DNA from: Lachnospiraceae bacterium
Lineage (GTDB): Bacteria; Bacillota; Clostridia; Lachnospirales; Lachnospiraceae
Length of the DNA: 64,000 bases
Direction of reading: 5' to 3'
Assembly (NCBI GenBank): GCA_045627745.1
Contig: JAZQOI010000006.1
Span: 8,930-72,929, forward strand
This document shows positions 62,871 to 64,000 of this stretch, piece by piece. The position numbers and the translations under genes are program-made. The first letter of the stretch is position 1; the number at the start of each line of letters is the position of its first letter. The notes under the pieces are model-generated. The model saw only the letters and a list, made by a program, of their open reading frames with translations, was not told the origin of the DNA and ran no database searches.

Positions 62871-63590
62871 ATGAAAATTAAAAGTTATTTAAAAGGGTTT
62901 GGAGCCGGTCTGTTCATATCGGCAGTTCTTATGGGGATTGCAACACCTGATTCTAAATCAACCATGACAGATGCTGAAATAATTCAGAGAGCCAAAGCTC
63001 TTGGTATGGTGGAAGAGGATGATTTGTTACTGAGTCAGAAGAATGCTATTTCACAGAATACAGCAGTTTCCAAAAATGAATCGGTTAAAGAGGTTGATAT
63101 TAAAATTGATAAAGATGTTACGAATCCTTTGTCAGAAGTTGAGGATAGCTCTGATGAGATAAATATTTCATCGGAAAATAATATTTCGGAAAACATTATT
63201 TCCGAAATAGAGGATTTAGATTCGGATAATGATGCAAAAGAGTTCGAATTGTCGTTCCTAAATGAAGCTGAGGATAAGGAAAAGCTAAATACCTCCGGAA
63301 AGGCATTGGCAGAAAAGGGTGATGAGGATTCGGATGATAGTTTAGAAAAGGAAGAAGTACAAAACAAGGTTGAACAAGATAAAAATTATACTCTTGTAAT
63401 TTCAAAGGGGAATTCCTCTTTCGATGTTGCAAAAGCTCTCGAAAGGGAGGGATTTGTTGAGTCGGCTTTAGATTTTGACAGATATTTATGCAATAAGAAT
63501 TACGATAATAGAATTAATCATGGTACTTTCATGATTCCATTCGGTGCATCGTATGATGAAATTGCAAGGATAATTACAGGAATGAAATAG
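62871..63590 (+). CDS. membrane-anchored protein with an acidic linker and a YceG/MltG N-terminal (LysM-like) domain only
   Basis: ORF 62862-63590, ATG 62871 after GAGAGGTGA. TM GFGAGLFISAVLMGI. C-terminal LVISKGNSSFDVAKALEREGFVES...INHGTFMIPFGASYDEIARIITG resembles the non-catalytic domain of MltG-like proteins. Confidence 0.45.
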   Translation: MKIKSYLKGFGAGLFISAVLMGIATPDSKSTMTDAEIIQRAKALGMVEEDDLLLSQKNAISQNTAVSKNESVKEVDIKIDKDVTNPLSEVEDSSDEINISSENNISENIISEIEDLDSDNDAKEFELSFLNEAEDKEKLNTSGKALAEKGDEDSDDSLEKEEVQNKVEQDKNYTLVISKGNSSFDVAKALEREGFVESALDFDRYLCNKNYDNRINHGTFMIPFGASYDEIARIITGMK

Positions 63591-63604
63591 TGAGGTGTAG
63601 TAAA

Positions 63605-64000
63605 ATGGCTGATTATGTATTAAGTTGTTGTTCGGCAGCAGATTTGAATTATGATTACATGAAGGAACGCAATGTTGTTTTTGCAAAATTTCATGTAATG
63701 CTTGACGGAGAGGTTCGTGAAGATGATATGGGCAAATCTCTTGACATGAATGGGTTTTATGAGGCAATGGCCGATGATGCGGATACAAAAACATCACAGG
63801 TAAATGTCGATGATTTTACCGAGCATTTTGAAAATATTCTGAAGGAAGGTAAGGATATTATTCATATTTCACTGTCAAGCGGATTATCGGGAGCAATTAA
63901 TTCCGCTAATATTGCAAGAGAGGATTTACTTGAAAAATATCCCGACAGAAAGATAATAGTTATTGATTCATTAGGTGCTTGTGGCGGATATGGAATGCTT
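63605..64000 (+). CDS. DegV-family fatty-acid-binding protein (5' part; runs off the window)
   Basis: Open frame from ATG 63605 to the window end (132 codons, not in the ORF track because there is no stop). VLSCCSAADL...TSQVNVDDF...HISLSSGLSGAINSA...VIDSLGACGGYG matches the DegV pattern. Confidence 0.7.
   Translation, partial: MADYVLSCCSAADLNYDYMKERNVVFAKFHVMLDGEVREDDMGKSLDMNGFYEAMADDADTKTSQVNVDDFTEHFENILKEGKDIIHISLSSGLSGAINSANIAREDLLEKYPDRKIIVIDSLGACGGYGML

Noticed and set aside
1-64000. Mobile elements, CRISPR arrays, tRNA/rRNA genes, toxin-antitoxin or known defence systems
   Set aside because: I saw no transposase, integrase or recombinase-like ORFs. There are no direct-repeat/spacer arrays and no cloverleaf-like or rRNA-like conserved stretches in the intergenic regions. 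There is no obvious compositional island. The window looks like core chromosome.

Overview
Low-GC Firmicutes/Clostridia-type chromosomal segment, possibly Lachnospiraceae-like (inference from gene content and synteny only). It is almost entirely + strand and densely coding. There are four blocks.

(1) 1-4.4 kb: iorA-iorB-paaK-ACT, an arylpyruvate to aryl-acyl-CoA/arylacetate module. Its intergenic regions carry a recurring GTTACTG-N12/13-CAGTAAC inverted repeat.

(2) 4.4-11.5 kb: a self-contained four-gene operon with its own promoter and an upstream terminator. I cannot assign any of the four products to a characterised family. They are a 1188-aa beta-sandwich plus helical giant, a 425-aa protein that aligns motif by motif to the Hsp70/actin ATPase fold but has degenerate phosphate-binding loops, a 279-aa TPR-like protein, and a 407-aa coiled-coil protein with a 2-TM hairpin. 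A stand-alone PilZ gene lies convergent to this block. This is my best candidate for an undescribed system.

(3) 12-27.7 kb: housekeeping genes (purB, a double-VanZ membrane protein, lepA, hemW, a PAS/GGDEF*/GGDEF*/EAL protein, comM/yifB, dprA, topA, codY). An orphan promoter/two-tetraloop-hairpin/U-tract module sits at about 21.5 kb and is a candidate small RNA or attenuator.

(4) 28-63.6 kb: a Bacillus-like fla/che cluster running flgB to sigD. It also contains motAB, a YcgR-like PilZ brake gene, and a post-sigD module (FapA/DUF342, a TM-coiled-coil-HTH protein, a YceG/MltG-like fragment). Internal terminators after the ylxF-like gene and after flgE, plus a sigma-28-type promoter before fliK, suggest at least three transcription units.

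The window ends inside a degV-family gene. I saw no rRNA, tRNA, CRISPR array, transposase/integrase, prophage or recognisable defence genes. All calls come from reading the ORF translations and the DNA by eye; no searches were run.
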